From: Candidatus Nanopelagicales bacterium
GTDB lineage: Bacteria > Actinomycetota > Actinomycetes > S36-B12
Assembly (NCBI GenBank): GCA_040399625.1
Contig: JBBARV010000001.1
Span: 187,701 to 251,700, forward strand
Length of the DNA: 64,000 nt
Reading direction: 5' to 3'
The translations under genes were made by a program, and so were the position numbers. The notes below the pieces were generated by a model. That model searched no databases. It was given only the letters and a program-made list of their open reading frames with translations, and was not told the origin of the DNA. This document shows positions 9,902 to 19,852 of this stretch, in pieces. Position 1 is the stretch's first letter. Every line of letters begins with the position of its first letter.

Positions 9902-10834
9902 ATGAGATCAGGTGAAGTGACGGGCGAGAAGATTCGGGAGTTGGCCCAGCAGATAACGCTGGTTGAAAATTCTGCCTCAGGTTCCACGAAATTGCTCGCC
10001 TCGATGCCCACACCCAGTGCACACATTGTGGGTATAACCGGCCCCCCAGGGGTTGGTAAATCTACGTCCACTTCAGCGTTAATTACTCAACTACGGGGTG
10101 AAGGCAAAAGCATTGCGGTCCTGGCGGTTGATCCTTCATCCACATTTAGCAAGGGTGCACTGCTCGGCGATCGAATTCGAATGCAGGACCACGCGTTGGA
10201 TTCTGGCGTATTTATTCGTTCTCTGGCATCGCGGGGACACCTCGGTGGACTCACCGGAACTATCTACAGCGTGCTGAAGGTTATTTCCGCTGCTGGCTTT
10301 GACGTAATAATCATCGAGACGGTAGGGGTTGGTCAATCCGAAATTGAAATTGCCAAAATGGCGGACACGTCGATTGTCATTGCAGCCCCCGGTGCCGGTG
10401 ATGGAATTCAGGCTGCCAAAGCAGGAATCTTGGAAATCGCAGATATTTTTACGGTCAATAAAGCAGACCGCCCCGGAGCCGATGCAACAGTCCGCGAACT
10501 CAAAGGGATGCTCTCCATGGCTTCGGGGGCGCAGACAACCCTCGCGTGGGGAACTCCTGTTATTCCCACCATAGCGACCGATGGAACAGGATTCCTTGAG
10601 TTGAGTGCAGCGATTTCACAACATCACGACTATTTAGTCGAACAAGGTTTGCTAGAACGCAAGCGAACCGGGCGAATTCGTGAGTCCCTCCTGGCCCGAA
10701 CAATGAATGGCTTAGCGCTTCAGGCTCAAGAAATTGAATTGCAGCAAGACATAGCAGGTCAGTGTGCCGCGGGAAAATTGAGTGAAGATGAAGCCTGTGA
10801 TCTGATCCGCAATGCGATGAGAGCGGAACGGTAA
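9902..10834 (+). CDS. meaB: Mutase-associated G-protein chaperone MeaB (ArgK family)
   Basis: P-loop GITGPPGVGKST, VLAVDPSS, IIETVGVGQSE and NKAD motifs. Confidence 0.9.
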   Translation: MRSGEVTGEKIRELAQQITLVENSASGSTKLLASMPTPSAHIVGITGPPGVGKSTSTSALITQLRGEGKSIAVLAVDPSSTFSKGALLGDRIRMQDHALDSGVFIRSLASRGHLGGLTGTIYSVLKVISAAGFDVIIIETVGVGQSEIEIAKMADTSIVIAAPGAGDGIQAAKAGILEIADIFTVNKADRPGADATVRELKGMLSMASGAQTTLAWGTPVIPTIATDGTGFLELSAAISQHHDYLVEQGLLERKRTGRIRESLLARTMNGLALQAQEIELQQDIAGQCAAGKLSEDEACDLIRNAMRAER

Positions 10835-10848
10835 GTGACAATGAGGTC

Positions 10849-11718
10849 ATGAGTACCCCTTCATTTGCTGGAGCAGTCGATCTTTCGTCATTGGGTGCAA
10901 AAAAAGCACCGGTTCGAGCGGGGGATTCACCCGTCATCGATGTCACGACCGACGGATTCGAATCACTTGTTCTCAAGGCTTCGGAAACAATTCCGGTCAT
11001 CATTGATGTGTGGGCAACCTGGTGTGCACCGTGCAAACAACTGTCACCGATCTTGGAAGAACTTGCTATCGAGTACGCCGGTCGTTTATTAATTGCCAAA
11101 GTTGATGCGGATGCGGAACCCTCAATCTCACAGGCCCTTCAGGTGCAGTCAATTCCTTCAGTATTCGCCGTCATTAAAGGACAATTGATTCCTCTTTTTC
11201 AAGGGGCGTACCCAAAAGAGCAGGTCAGTCAAATATTTGACAAACTGTTAGAACTTGCGGCAGAGCAAGGGCTCAACCCAAACCCTGCTGTGGACAGTGA
11301 ACAACCGGTCGAAGTTGCAGTAGAGGAAATTGAAGACCCTCGCTTTGATGAAGCTGTTGATGCAGTAAACGCGGGCGACTGGAACTTAGCTAAAAAGGCT
11401 TATCAAGGAATTCTTGACAGCGACCCGGGTGATCTCGATGCCCAAGGCGGATTGATCATGGCCGGAATTTTTGAGCGGACTGACGGGATTGAGCCACCCC
11501 AAGGTGATTCATTTGAGGAACTACTCATCATCGCTGACCTGGCGGCTGCAAACGGTGAGTGGGAGAGTGCATTTGTAACGGCGATCAAGGGCATACAACT
11601 TTCCAGTGGTGCTGAACGCGAATTGGCGCGCTCTCGTTTGGTTGAATATTTTGCGCTTGCAGGTGATGACCCCAATGTCCCCGGTGCCCGCATCGCGTTA
11701 GCGAATGCACTTTTCTAA
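10849..11718 (+). CDS. Thioredoxin-domain protein with a C-terminal TPR-like domain (YbbN/Rv1324-like)
   Basis: WATWCAPCKQL (CxxC thioredoxin motif) followed by a helical-repeat C-terminal half. Confidence 0.8.
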   Translation: MSTPSFAGAVDLSSLGAKKAPVRAGDSPVIDVTTDGFESLVLKASETIPVIIDVWATWCAPCKQLSPILEELAIEYAGRLLIAKVDADAEPSISQALQVQSIPSVFAVIKGQLIPLFQGAYPKEQVSQIFDKLLELAAEQGLNPNPAVDSEQPVEVAVEEIEDPRFDEAVDAVNAGDWNLAKKAYQGILDSDPGDLDAQGGLIMAGIFERTDGIEPPQGDSFEELLIIADLAAANGEWESAFVTAIKGIQLSSGAERELARSRLVEYFALAGDDPNVPGARIALANALF

Positions 11719-13880
11719 TCGGTAAATTCAAAGAACACGGCGGCGAGTGGTGGGACAGTAATTCGTGCAATTGCCGGTTTACCCGACCACCCTCGTGGTT
11801 CGGCTTCTATTTTTCCGAGGTTTCCAACCCCGCTCCCACCGTAGTGCGATGAATCTGTATTCAGCACTTCGGTCCATATCCCCGTTTTAGGCAAGGCAAG
11901 GGGAAAGTCATGACGAACTTCTGGGGAAAAGTTTGCAATAAAGGCCATGCATTCGCCGTTGTCTGACCAGCGTATCCAACTAAAAATATTGGACTCACTA
12001 TTTCCACTTTCGATCCACTCGAATCCGCGAGGGTCGCTGTCGCGCTCCCACAATGCAGGGCTTCGGGTATACAGGTGGTTGAGATCGGTGACGGTTTGCA
12101 AAATCCCTTGGTGCTCCGGGGACGCGAGGAGGTCCCAGTCCAAACCCCGTTCACTCGACCATTCACTTGATTGGGCAAACTCCGATCCCATGAAGAGCAA
12201 CTTCTTTCCCGGGTGGGCCCACATGAAGGCGAGATACGTGCGCAAATTTGCAAGAGCTTGCCAACGGTCACCGGGCATCCGTCCAATAAGCGAGCCTTTT
12301 CCATGTACAACCTCGTCATGGGAGAAAGGCAAAACGAAGTTCTCGTTGAAGGAATACATCAAACTGAAAGTCATTTCGTCATGGTGATATTTCCGATGGA
12401 CACTTTCATGCTTGACGTAATCGAGTGAGTCATGCATCCAGCCCATATTCCATTTGAACCCAAATCCCAAGCCACCCAGTTCCGTGGATCGGGTGACGCC
12501 GGGCCAGGAAGTTGATTCCTCAGCAATTGTTATCACGCCGGGGACTCGGCGATAAACCGACTCATTCATTTCTTGGAGAAATCTCACTGCATCGAGATTT
12601 TCATTGCCACCATATTGATTCGGGCGCCATTTACCGGCTTCTCGAGAATAATCCAGATAGAGCATCGAGGTGACAGCGTCAACTCTGAGCCCATCAATGT
12701 GAAACTCCTCAAGCCAATACACGGCATTTGCAACCAGAAAATTTCGCACTTCATTGCGCGCGTAATTAAAAATAAGCGTTCCCCAATCTGGGTGTTCACC
12801 TAGACGCGGGTCTTCATGTTCATAAAGATTGGTTCCGTCAAAATTAGCGAGCGCCCATTCATCTTTGGGGAAGTGAGCGGGAACCCAATCAAGGATCACT
12901 CCGATTCCATTTTGGTGCAAAACATCAACAAGAGACCGGAATTGGTCGGGTGTCCCAAATCGTGATGTCGGGGCGTAGTAGGAAGTGACCTGATAGCCCC
13001 ATGAGGGTCCGTACGGGTGCTCAGCTACGGGCAACAGTTCAACGTGCGTAAATCCGGCAGAGACTACGTGGTCTACGAGTTCGCGTGCCAAATTTTGGTA
13101 ATCCAAACCCCATCTCCACGAACCCAGGTGAACTTCATAAGTAGTCATTGGTTGCAGGTGTGGGTTGATACTGGCTCTTCTTTCTAACCAATCCGAGTCA
13201 CTCCAAACATAATGGGATTCAGCAACCACGGAGGCATTTGCCGGAGGGATCTGCGTTGCAAATGCCATGGGATCGGCTTTTGTGAGCCATGTTTCACGGT
13301 CATCCAAGATGCAAAACTTGTAGGTAGCGCCAGTGTGTACACCGGGAACGAATATTTCCCAAACCCCAGAAGTCCCTAATACTCGCATGGGGTGCGCGGA
13401 CCCATCCCAATAATTGAAATCACCCATCACCCGAACCCCGCGGGCATTTGGCGCCCACACGGAAAATGAAGTCCCGGTTACATCAAAATCCCCCTGCTTC
13501 AAGGTCCGGACATGGGCTCCGAGAACCTGCCACAGTTGTGCATGTCGCCCCTCATTTATCAGGTGCAGGTCAGTTTCACCCACGGTGGACGGGAACGCGA
13601 ATGGGTCGAAGCTCTGAAAACTTCCGCTTTCATATTGCGCTTCATAAAAGTAGGCGGTGACGTCTGGCGCACTTGCAGGGAGTAAAACGAACCAGACTCC
13701 CGGTGCTTCCTGGATCATCGGGAATACTGAATCACCGATGTGAAGGTTCACTGATTGTGCATTCGGCTTAAGTGTTCGAAAGTTAAATTGTCCTTTATTA
13801 ACATGTTTTCCAAGGAGCGCATGCGGATTAAAATGCGAACCGTTAATCAACCTCTCCAATTCTTGGCGCGGGGTTATCAT
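11715..13880 (-). CDS. glgB: 1,4-alpha-glucan branching enzyme
   Basis: 721 aa of GH13 with HVELLPVAEHP, GVILDWVPAHF, IDGLRVDAV, ITIAEEST and LPFSHDEVVHGK. Confidence 0.95.
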   Translation of the reverse strand: MITPRQELERLINGSHFNPHALLGKHVNKGQFNFRTLKPNAQSVNLHIGDSVFPMIQEAPGVWFVLLPASAPDVTAYFYEAQYESGSFQSFDPFAFPSTVGETDLHLINEGRHAQLWQVLGAHVRTLKQGDFDVTGTSFSVWAPNARGVRVMGDFNYWDGSAHPMRVLGTSGVWEIFVPGVHTGATYKFCILDDRETWLTKADPMAFATQIPPANASVVAESHYVWSDSDWLERRASINPHLQPMTTYEVHLGSWRWGLDYQNLARELVDHVVSAGFTHVELLPVAEHPYGPSWGYQVTSYYAPTSRFGTPDQFRSLVDVLHQNGIGVILDWVPAHFPKDEWALANFDGTNLYEHEDPRLGEHPDWGTLIFNYARNEVRNFLVANAVYWLEEFHIDGLRVDAVTSMLYLDYSREAGKWRPNQYGGNENLDAVRFLQEMNESVYRRVPGVITIAEESTSWPGVTRSTELGGLGFGFKWNMGWMHDSLDYVKHESVHRKYHHDEMTFSLMYSFNENFVLPFSHDEVVHGKGSLIGRMPGDRWQALANLRTYLAFMWAHPGKKLLFMGSEFAQSSEWSSERGLDWDLLASPEHQGILQTVTDLNHLYTRSPALWERDSDPRGFEWIESGNSESNIFSWIRWSDNGECMAFIANFSPEVRHDFPLALPKTGIWTEVLNTDSSHYGGSGVGNLGKIEAEPRGWSGKPAIARITVPPLAAVFFEFTD

Positions 13881-15892
13881 CGTGTTTCAACTTTTATTCC
13901 TGTCGAATGCGACTCATTAAAAACAGTGAGTAGCTCGAGGGGCGAAATAACCTTAGCGATATGTGCGACTTCGTTAGCCGGATTCAATTTGATGAAAGTA
14001 TGCTCATTCCAATGCCAAGTAGTCCCACTAATCTGATCCGTGACGGCAAAGTCGTCACCCCAAGCCAGGCCGAGTTCATTCATATCCCAGTGAACGATCG
14101 TTGAGTGCTCATTTTCCGGATCCGTATTACAAACGGTCAAAATTACATCTGCACCGTTTATTCCCCCGCGTTTCGAGAAAGCGATTATCTCGGGTGAGTC
14201 GCTGGGATGAAAACGAAGTGTCCGCAGCTCTTGTAGGGCAGGGTTGGTGCGTCGAATCTGATTGAGCAACGTTAAGTAGGAGACCAGGTGAGGGTCATTC
14301 GCACGTGTGAAATCTTTGTCGCGCGGACGCAACTGAAATTTCTCGCTATCGAGATAGTCCTCGCTACCGGGGTGGAGTGCGACGTGTTCATAAATTTCGA
14401 AACCTCGATAGATGCCATAGGTGGGGGACAAAGCCGCTGCCAGAGTGGCCCTCACTTCAAACGCAGCAGGAATGCCTGACTGTAGGTACTCACTCAAAAT
14501 GTCTGGTGTATTGGTAAAAAGATTGGGTCGCATGTATGCGGACTTGGGGCCGGCAAGTTCGGTGAGATATTCCTCCAATTCCCACTTGGAATTTTTCCAG
14601 GTGAAATAGGTGTACGACTGCTGGAACCCAACTTGCGCGAGGACTCGCATCATGGGTTCACTCGTGAAGGCCTCGGCAAGAAAAATTACTTCAGGGTATT
14701 GCGCATTAATGGCGCCGATAAGTCGGCGCCAGAACCAAACGGGCTTTGTGTGGGGATTGTCAACCCGAAAAATGTGCACACCCGTGTCAATCCAGCCAAG
14801 CACAATGCGCTCAATTTCGTCGTAGAGGCCATCAGGGTCGTTATCGAAATTGAGCGGATAAATATCTTGATATTTCTTTGGTGGATTCTCGGCATACGCG
14901 ATGCTTCCGTCACCGCGGTGGGTAAACCACTCCGGATGGCTCGTAACCCACGGATGATCGGGGGAGCACTGCAATGCCAGATCCAAAGCTATTTCCAAAT
15001 TCAAATCCTGTGCAGCCCGGACGAAATGAACGAAGTCATCTAATGATCCGAGGTCTGGGTTGACGCTGTCATGGCCACCGAGAACCGATCCAATCGCCCA
15101 CGGGGAACCTGGGTCGCTTGGCCCCGACACCAGATTGTTGTTGGGTCCCTTTCTATTGACTACCCCGATTGGATGAATGGGCGGGATATAGACAACATCA
15201 AAACCCATCTCGGCGATATGTGGAAGAAGCTGTTCGGCACTGGCAAAAGTTCCCGACTTCAGGGGTTGGAGGGTGGCGCCTTCACTGCGGGGAAAGAATT
15301 CGTACCAGGAACCAACAAGTGCGCGGCGACGCTCAACGAGAAGTGGCCATGGGCCGTATTCGCCGGGGTTTTCTCGAATCGGGTGTGTTGTGAGAATCTT
15401 CGTAACTTCAGTGTGAGTGGCTGCTGCGTACCTCACGCTATTTGACAGTGCTGTATCGCGCATTGCGCGGATAGCGCGATTGATTGTTTTCGCGCCTATT
15501 GCGTCTACGGTACCTATCACTTGCTCAAAGAGATCGGCGCCTTCGCGCAGTTCAAGGTCGATATCGAATCCGCCTGGAATTTTTACTTCAGCCCGGGCTT
15601 GCCACGTAGTGATTGGATCACTCCAGACCCTGATGCTAAAGCTCCATGAACCAAGGTGTGAAGTGGTGAAATTAGCTTCAAAACGATCACTTCCAGACTG
15701 GTTAGACATGGGGAATGGACCAATAATTCCCCCCGTCGGATTCATTAACGTGAGTTCGACTCCGATCCGGTCGTGCCCCTCACGAAAAGCGGTCGCAGCG
15801 AATGGAATAATTTCATTTTCAGCTGCTTTTGCTGGGAAGGTCCCGCACTCTACGACGGGAGAAACATCACGCACGGTAAATCTTTCGACCAT
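13877..15892 (-). CDS. glgE: Alpha-1,4-glucan:maltose-1-phosphate maltosyltransferase
   Basis: 671 aa. The N-terminus FTVRDVSPVVECGTFPAKA and the motifs YEFFPRS, FDVVYIPPIHPIG, IFRVDNPHTKP and FLAEAFT are characteristic of GlgE. Its stop overlaps the glgB start by 4 nt. Confidence 0.9.
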   Translation of the reverse strand: MVERFTVRDVSPVVECGTFPAKAAENEIIPFAATAFREGHDRIGVELTLMNPTGGIIGPFPMSNQSGSDRFEANFTTSHLGSWSFSIRVWSDPITTWQARAEVKIPGGFDIDLELREGADLFEQVIGTVDAIGAKTINRAIRAMRDTALSNSVRYAAATHTEVTKILTTHPIRENPGEYGPWPLLVERRRALVGSWYEFFPRSEGATLQPLKSGTFASAEQLLPHIAEMGFDVVYIPPIHPIGVVNRKGPNNNLVSGPSDPGSPWAIGSVLGGHDSVNPDLGSLDDFVHFVRAAQDLNLEIALDLALQCSPDHPWVTSHPEWFTHRGDGSIAYAENPPKKYQDIYPLNFDNDPDGLYDEIERIVLGWIDTGVHIFRVDNPHTKPVWFWRRLIGAINAQYPEVIFLAEAFTSEPMMRVLAQVGFQQSYTYFTWKNSKWELEEYLTELAGPKSAYMRPNLFTNTPDILSEYLQSGIPAAFEVRATLAAALSPTYGIYRGFEIYEHVALHPGSEDYLDSEKFQLRPRDKDFTRANDPHLVSYLTLLNQIRRTNPALQELRTLRFHPSDSPEIIAFSKRGGINGADVILTVCNTDPENEHSTIVHWDMNELGLAWGDDFAVTDQISGTTWHWNEHTFIKLNPANEVAHIAKVISPLELLTVFNESHSTGIKVETR

Positions 15893-15901
15893 GTGATCAG
15901 A

Positions 15902-18001
15902 TTAGCGGAGCACTGACGTGTTTTCCGATGCACTGCGAGCAGTGAGCACATATGTTGAACGTGGCTGACACACTAAAACACCTCCTGCCAAATAAGAAGT
16001 TTCAATTGGTTGCCCATTGGCAGTATTACTGTCCAGGATTGCAACAAAGAATTGTGCATAAGGGGCAGCAGGAAGGATGAAATCCAAAGGGTCAACACCC
16101 GCGTGGAAAACAGCAAAAACACCAGGTTCATCGTTGTCATTCGGGGTGAGAAACATTCCCAGTGAAGTGGCGTCATCATGATGCCAGTCGGTTATCTCGT
16201 GGCCGTCAGGTCCAAACCAAGCCAAGTCCTTGGGTCCACCTTCACGACTTTCCACACCCAGTAGGTAGTGAAGTGGACGCAGCACGGGGTGCGAGCGCCG
16301 AATATGGGCCAGAGTCGCGACAAAATCAATGAGGTCCCATTCCGGTTGGCTGAGGTCCCAATCAACCCAGGAATATTCGTTGTCTTGGCAGTAGACATTG
16401 TTGTTTCCCCTCTGGGTTTTGTGCAGTTCATCGCCTGAACTGATCATCGGGACTCCAGCGGAGAGAAATAGAGTTGCAAGGAAATTGCGCACCATTTGAG
16501 ACCGTACTTCACCGATTGCGGTGTCCTGGGTCGGACCCTCAACGCCATAGTTGTATGAGCGATTGTTGTCGGTGCCATCGCGATTATCTTCCAAGTTAGC
16601 TTCATTGTGCTTGGTGTTAAAACTCACGAGGTCAAGAAGGGTGAAGCCGTCGTGAGCGGTGATGAAATTGATGGATGCACTCTGGCTCCTACCATCATTG
16701 CTCAAGAGATCCTGCGACCCGGACAGTCGCCAGCCGATAGCAGAGATCCCACCAGCGTCTCGCCAGTAGTCTCGGATGTCGTCACGGAATTTGTCATTCC
16801 ATTCGCTCCATGGAGAGGGGAAAGCTCCGACTTGGTAGCCATTTGGCCCGAGATCCCACGGCTCGGCGATGAGTTTCGTGCCCCGCAAAATCGGATCCTG
16901 TGCAATCGTTGTCATGAAATTTCCCAGCGGATCCACCTCATTATTTGATCGCGCCAAGGTGCTCGCAAGGTCAAAGCGGAATCCGTCCACGTGCATTTCA
17001 CTCACCCAATAGCGCAATGAGTCCATGATGAATCGAAGTGTCTGTGGTTGACTTGCGTTAACGGTGTTACCACAACCGGTGTAATCGACATACTCGCCAG
17101 TGTCCGTGAGCCGATAAAAATCTTTGTTGTTGATTCCTTTGAACGAGAGACTTGGACCCGCAGAGCCACCCTCAGCGCAATGGTTGTAAACAACATCAAG
17201 AATGACTTCAATGCCTGCAACGTGAAGCTGCTTTACCATATACTTAAAGTCATCGATTTGATTTCCTGCGGAACTGGCATATTCCGCGTGCGGGGCAAAG
17301 AACCCAATGGTGTTGTAACCCCAATAATTTGTGAGGCCAGTTTCTAAGAGGTGGGTTTCATCCACAAAATGCTGAACAGGGAGAAGTTCAATTGCGGTGA
17401 CTCCAATATGTTGGAGGTGATCAATCACTTCCTTGCAGGCAATCCCTCGAAAAGTGCCCTTCTCGGGCTCAGGCACGGATGGGTGTAAGTACGTGAGACC
17501 TTTGACGTGGGCCTCGTAAATCACTGTTTGATCCCACGGGTGGTGAAGGGGTAGATCTCCTTGCCAGTCAAAGTCGGAGCAAGCGGTTACACCATGTGGA
17601 ACGAAGTCTCTGCTGTCCAGGGTTGACATGGATGATGGATCATCGATTGCGTGATCAAAAATTGCAGGATCGTTTCGGAGTTGCCCAATGATTGCCCGTG
17701 CGTAGGGATCAAGGAGAAATTTATTTGGATTGAAGCGCATTCCGTTATGTGGATCCCATGGGCCATGAACTCGAAAACCATATCGTGTTCCAGAACCAAC
17801 ACCAGCCACCGTGATGGAATGCACGTTGTGTTCGTTCTGTTCCAGTAAATGTCTTGTTTCGATGAACCCCTGATGCTCGTCGCCGGTAACTACACAGAAT
17901 TCCACTTTGTCTGCGTGGGGAGCCCATAGGCGAACGATTGCGCTGCCATCCTCGAGGATTGTGACTCCGAAAGTGTCCACATGTCCAGGCCTTGTCTGCA
18001 T
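15902..18001 (-). CDS. glgX: Glycogen debranching enzyme
   Basis: 699 aa of GH13 with VIYEAHVKGLT, IELLPVQHF, WGYNTIGFFAPH, EVILDVVYNH, VDGFRFDLA, LIAEPWD and FITAHDGFTL. Confidence 0.9.
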   Translation of the reverse strand: MQTRPGHVDTFGVTILEDGSAIVRLWAPHADKVEFCVVTGDEHQGFIETRHLLEQNEHNVHSITVAGVGSGTRYGFRVHGPWDPHNGMRFNPNKFLLDPYARAIIGQLRNDPAIFDHAIDDPSSMSTLDSRDFVPHGVTACSDFDWQGDLPLHHPWDQTVIYEAHVKGLTYLHPSVPEPEKGTFRGIACKEVIDHLQHIGVTAIELLPVQHFVDETHLLETGLTNYWGYNTIGFFAPHAEYASSAGNQIDDFKYMVKQLHVAGIEVILDVVYNHCAEGGSAGPSLSFKGINNKDFYRLTDTGEYVDYTGCGNTVNASQPQTLRFIMDSLRYWVSEMHVDGFRFDLASTLARSNNEVDPLGNFMTTIAQDPILRGTKLIAEPWDLGPNGYQVGAFPSPWSEWNDKFRDDIRDYWRDAGGISAIGWRLSGSQDLLSNDGRSQSASINFITAHDGFTLLDLVSFNTKHNEANLEDNRDGTDNNRSYNYGVEGPTQDTAIGEVRSQMVRNFLATLFLSAGVPMISSGDELHKTQRGNNNVYCQDNEYSWVDWDLSQPEWDLIDFVATLAHIRRSHPVLRPLHYLLGVESREGGPKDLAWFGPDGHEITDWHHDDATSLGMFLTPNDNDEPGVFAVFHAGVDPLDFILPAAPYAQFFVAILDSNTANGQPIETSYLAGGVLVCQPRSTYVLTARSASENTSVLR

Positions 18002-18044
18002 TAAACAAACCTACCGCGGCCATCAATAATCTTGGGAAACGTCT

Positions 18045-18896
18045 GTGGGCGGTATGAGTAGGATCATCCGCATGAGCGAACAGGAAAATGTCACTATGGC
18101 CCCAGAGGAACTGTTATCCAGAGAATTTATTCAGGTGGAGAAGCAGGCAAGTACGGCAATTATTCATTTGAGAAGACCACCCATGAATGCCCTCAATTTG
18201 CAGATGCAACGTGAGATTGCCGAAGCTGCCACGTTTGTCTCCGGCCGCATTGGTATTGATTCGGTCGTGATTTATGGTGGAGAAAAAGTTTTCGCGGCCG
18301 GGGCCGACGTCAAGGAAATGGCGAACATGTCCTACGCAGATATGTCATTGGCAGCGCATCAGTTGCAAAAGGCTTTCGCCACGGTGGCCAAGATCTCGCA
18401 ACCCACGATTGCGGCGATTACCGGCTTCGCTTTGGGCGGAGGATTGGAACTAGCAATGTGCACCGACTTTCGGGTCGCGGGAGACAACGCAAAGTTGGGC
18501 CAGCCTGAGATCTTGCTGGGAATCATTCCGGGAGCTGGTGGAACGCAACGGCTTGCTCGATTGATCGGAGTATCCCGGGCCAAGGAATTAGTTTTTGGTG
18601 GCCACATGATTACAGCCGAGGAGGCCTTACGTATTGGGTTGGTCAATGAGGTAGTTGCCCCAGCGGTGGTATTGGAGACGGCTTTGGCTTGGGCCAAAAA
18701 ATTTTCTGGTGGACCTAAATTGGCACTTGCCGCGGCAAAGCGAGCGATTGATCTGGGTATTAGCGCGGACCTAGCGACCGGGCTATCCATTGAAAGCACC
18801 GAATTTGCCGCACTTTTTGCAACGGAAGACCAAAAAACAGGCATGAAATCGTTTGTCGATGAGGGCCCGGGCAAAGCAAGTTTCGCGGGTCGCTAG
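18045..18896 (+). CDS. Enoyl-CoA hydratase (crotonase family)
   Basis: FAAGADVKEM, AAITGFALGGGLELAMCTDFRVA and LGQPEILLGIIPGAGGTQRL. The start is uncertain (GTG 18045, ATG 18054 or ATG 18072). Confidence 0.85.
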   Translation: MGGMSRIIRMSEQENVTMAPEELLSREFIQVEKQASTAIIHLRRPPMNALNLQMQREIAEAATFVSGRIGIDSVVIYGGEKVFAAGADVKEMANMSYADMSLAAHQLQKAFATVAKISQPTIAAITGFALGGGLELAMCTDFRVAGDNAKLGQPEILLGIIPGAGGTQRLARLIGVSRAKELVFGGHMITAEEALRIGLVNEVVAPAVVLETALAWAKKFSGGPKLALAAAKRAIDLGISADLATGLSIESTEFAALFATEDQKTGMKSFVDEGPGKASFAGR

Positions 18897-19840
18897 TGGC
18901 TATTTCGCAGGAACAATTTGAATTGGCAAAGGTCGATCCAAAACTTGCAAATATCGTCTATCACGATTGGGAATCTGAATCCTACGATCAGAAGTGGTCA
19001 ATCTCATATGACCAGAGGTGCGTGGATTACGCGCGAAATTGCTTCGATCACGCGGTGCCGCGTGCGCTTCAAGGACCTGACCTAGCCCGTGCGAGAGTAG
19101 TTGAATTGGGCTCAGGAACCGGGTTTTTCTTACTCAACCTGATGCAGTCGGGTATCGGTGGCTCGGGAATTGTCACGGATCTCAGTTCAGGAATGGTGGC
19201 GGTGGCTGCGCGAAACGGCGAAAATTTGGATCTCAATATTAGCGGACTCGTGGCTGATGCAGAGCATCTTCCATTTGCTGATTCAAGTATTGACTTAGTG
19301 GTGGGTCACGCTGTTTTACATCATGTTCCCGATCTTGACGCATTGTTTTCTGAGGTAAATCGGATTCTGCGTCCTGGTGGTCGATTCGTATTCTGTGGGG
19401 AACCAACCCAAAAAGGTGACGTGGTGGCGCGCGCACTATCGCGGCTGACCTGGTGGACAAGTACGAGATTGACCAGACTGCCCATGTTGCAAGCAAAATG
19501 GGCGCTTCCCGAACATGAATTAGTGGCGTCCTCGCGCGAAGCAGCATTGGAATCTGTTGTTGACATTCATACTTTTGACCCTGATCAACTTGCCCGAGTG
19601 GCTCTGCGGAATGGATGCGTTGACGTTAGCACCGTCACGGAAGAGTTGACCGCTTCTTGGTTTGGCTGGCCGGTGCGCACATTCGAAGCATCGGTTAAGA
19701 CTGAAGCACTCGGTTGGGGATGGGCCAATTTTGCATTCGGCACCTGGAAAAAGCTGGAGAGTTTGGATCGCAACCTACTGTCAAAGATTGTCCCTGACGA
19801 GTATTTTTACAACGTGTGCATCACCGGAGTAGCGCCTTAA
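18896..19840 (+). CDS. Class I SAM-dependent methyltransferase
   Basis: Motif I VVELGSGTGFF, plus LPFADSSIDLVVGHAVLHH and ILRPGGRFVF. The GTG start overlaps the crotonase stop by 1 nt. Confidence 0.8.
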   Translation: MAISQEQFELAKVDPKLANIVYHDWESESYDQKWSISYDQRCVDYARNCFDHAVPRALQGPDLARARVVELGSGTGFFLLNLMQSGIGGSGIVTDLSSGMVAVAARNGENLDLNISGLVADAEHLPFADSSIDLVVGHAVLHHVPDLDALFSEVNRILRPGGRFVFCGEPTQKGDVVARALSRLTWWTSTRLTRLPMLQAKWALPEHELVASSREAALESVVDIHTFDPDQLARVALRNGCVDVSTVTEELTASWFGWPVRTFEASVKTEALGWGWANFAFGTWKKLESLDRNLLSKIVPDEYFYNVCITGVAP

Positions 19841-19852
19841 GGGGACGGGCAC

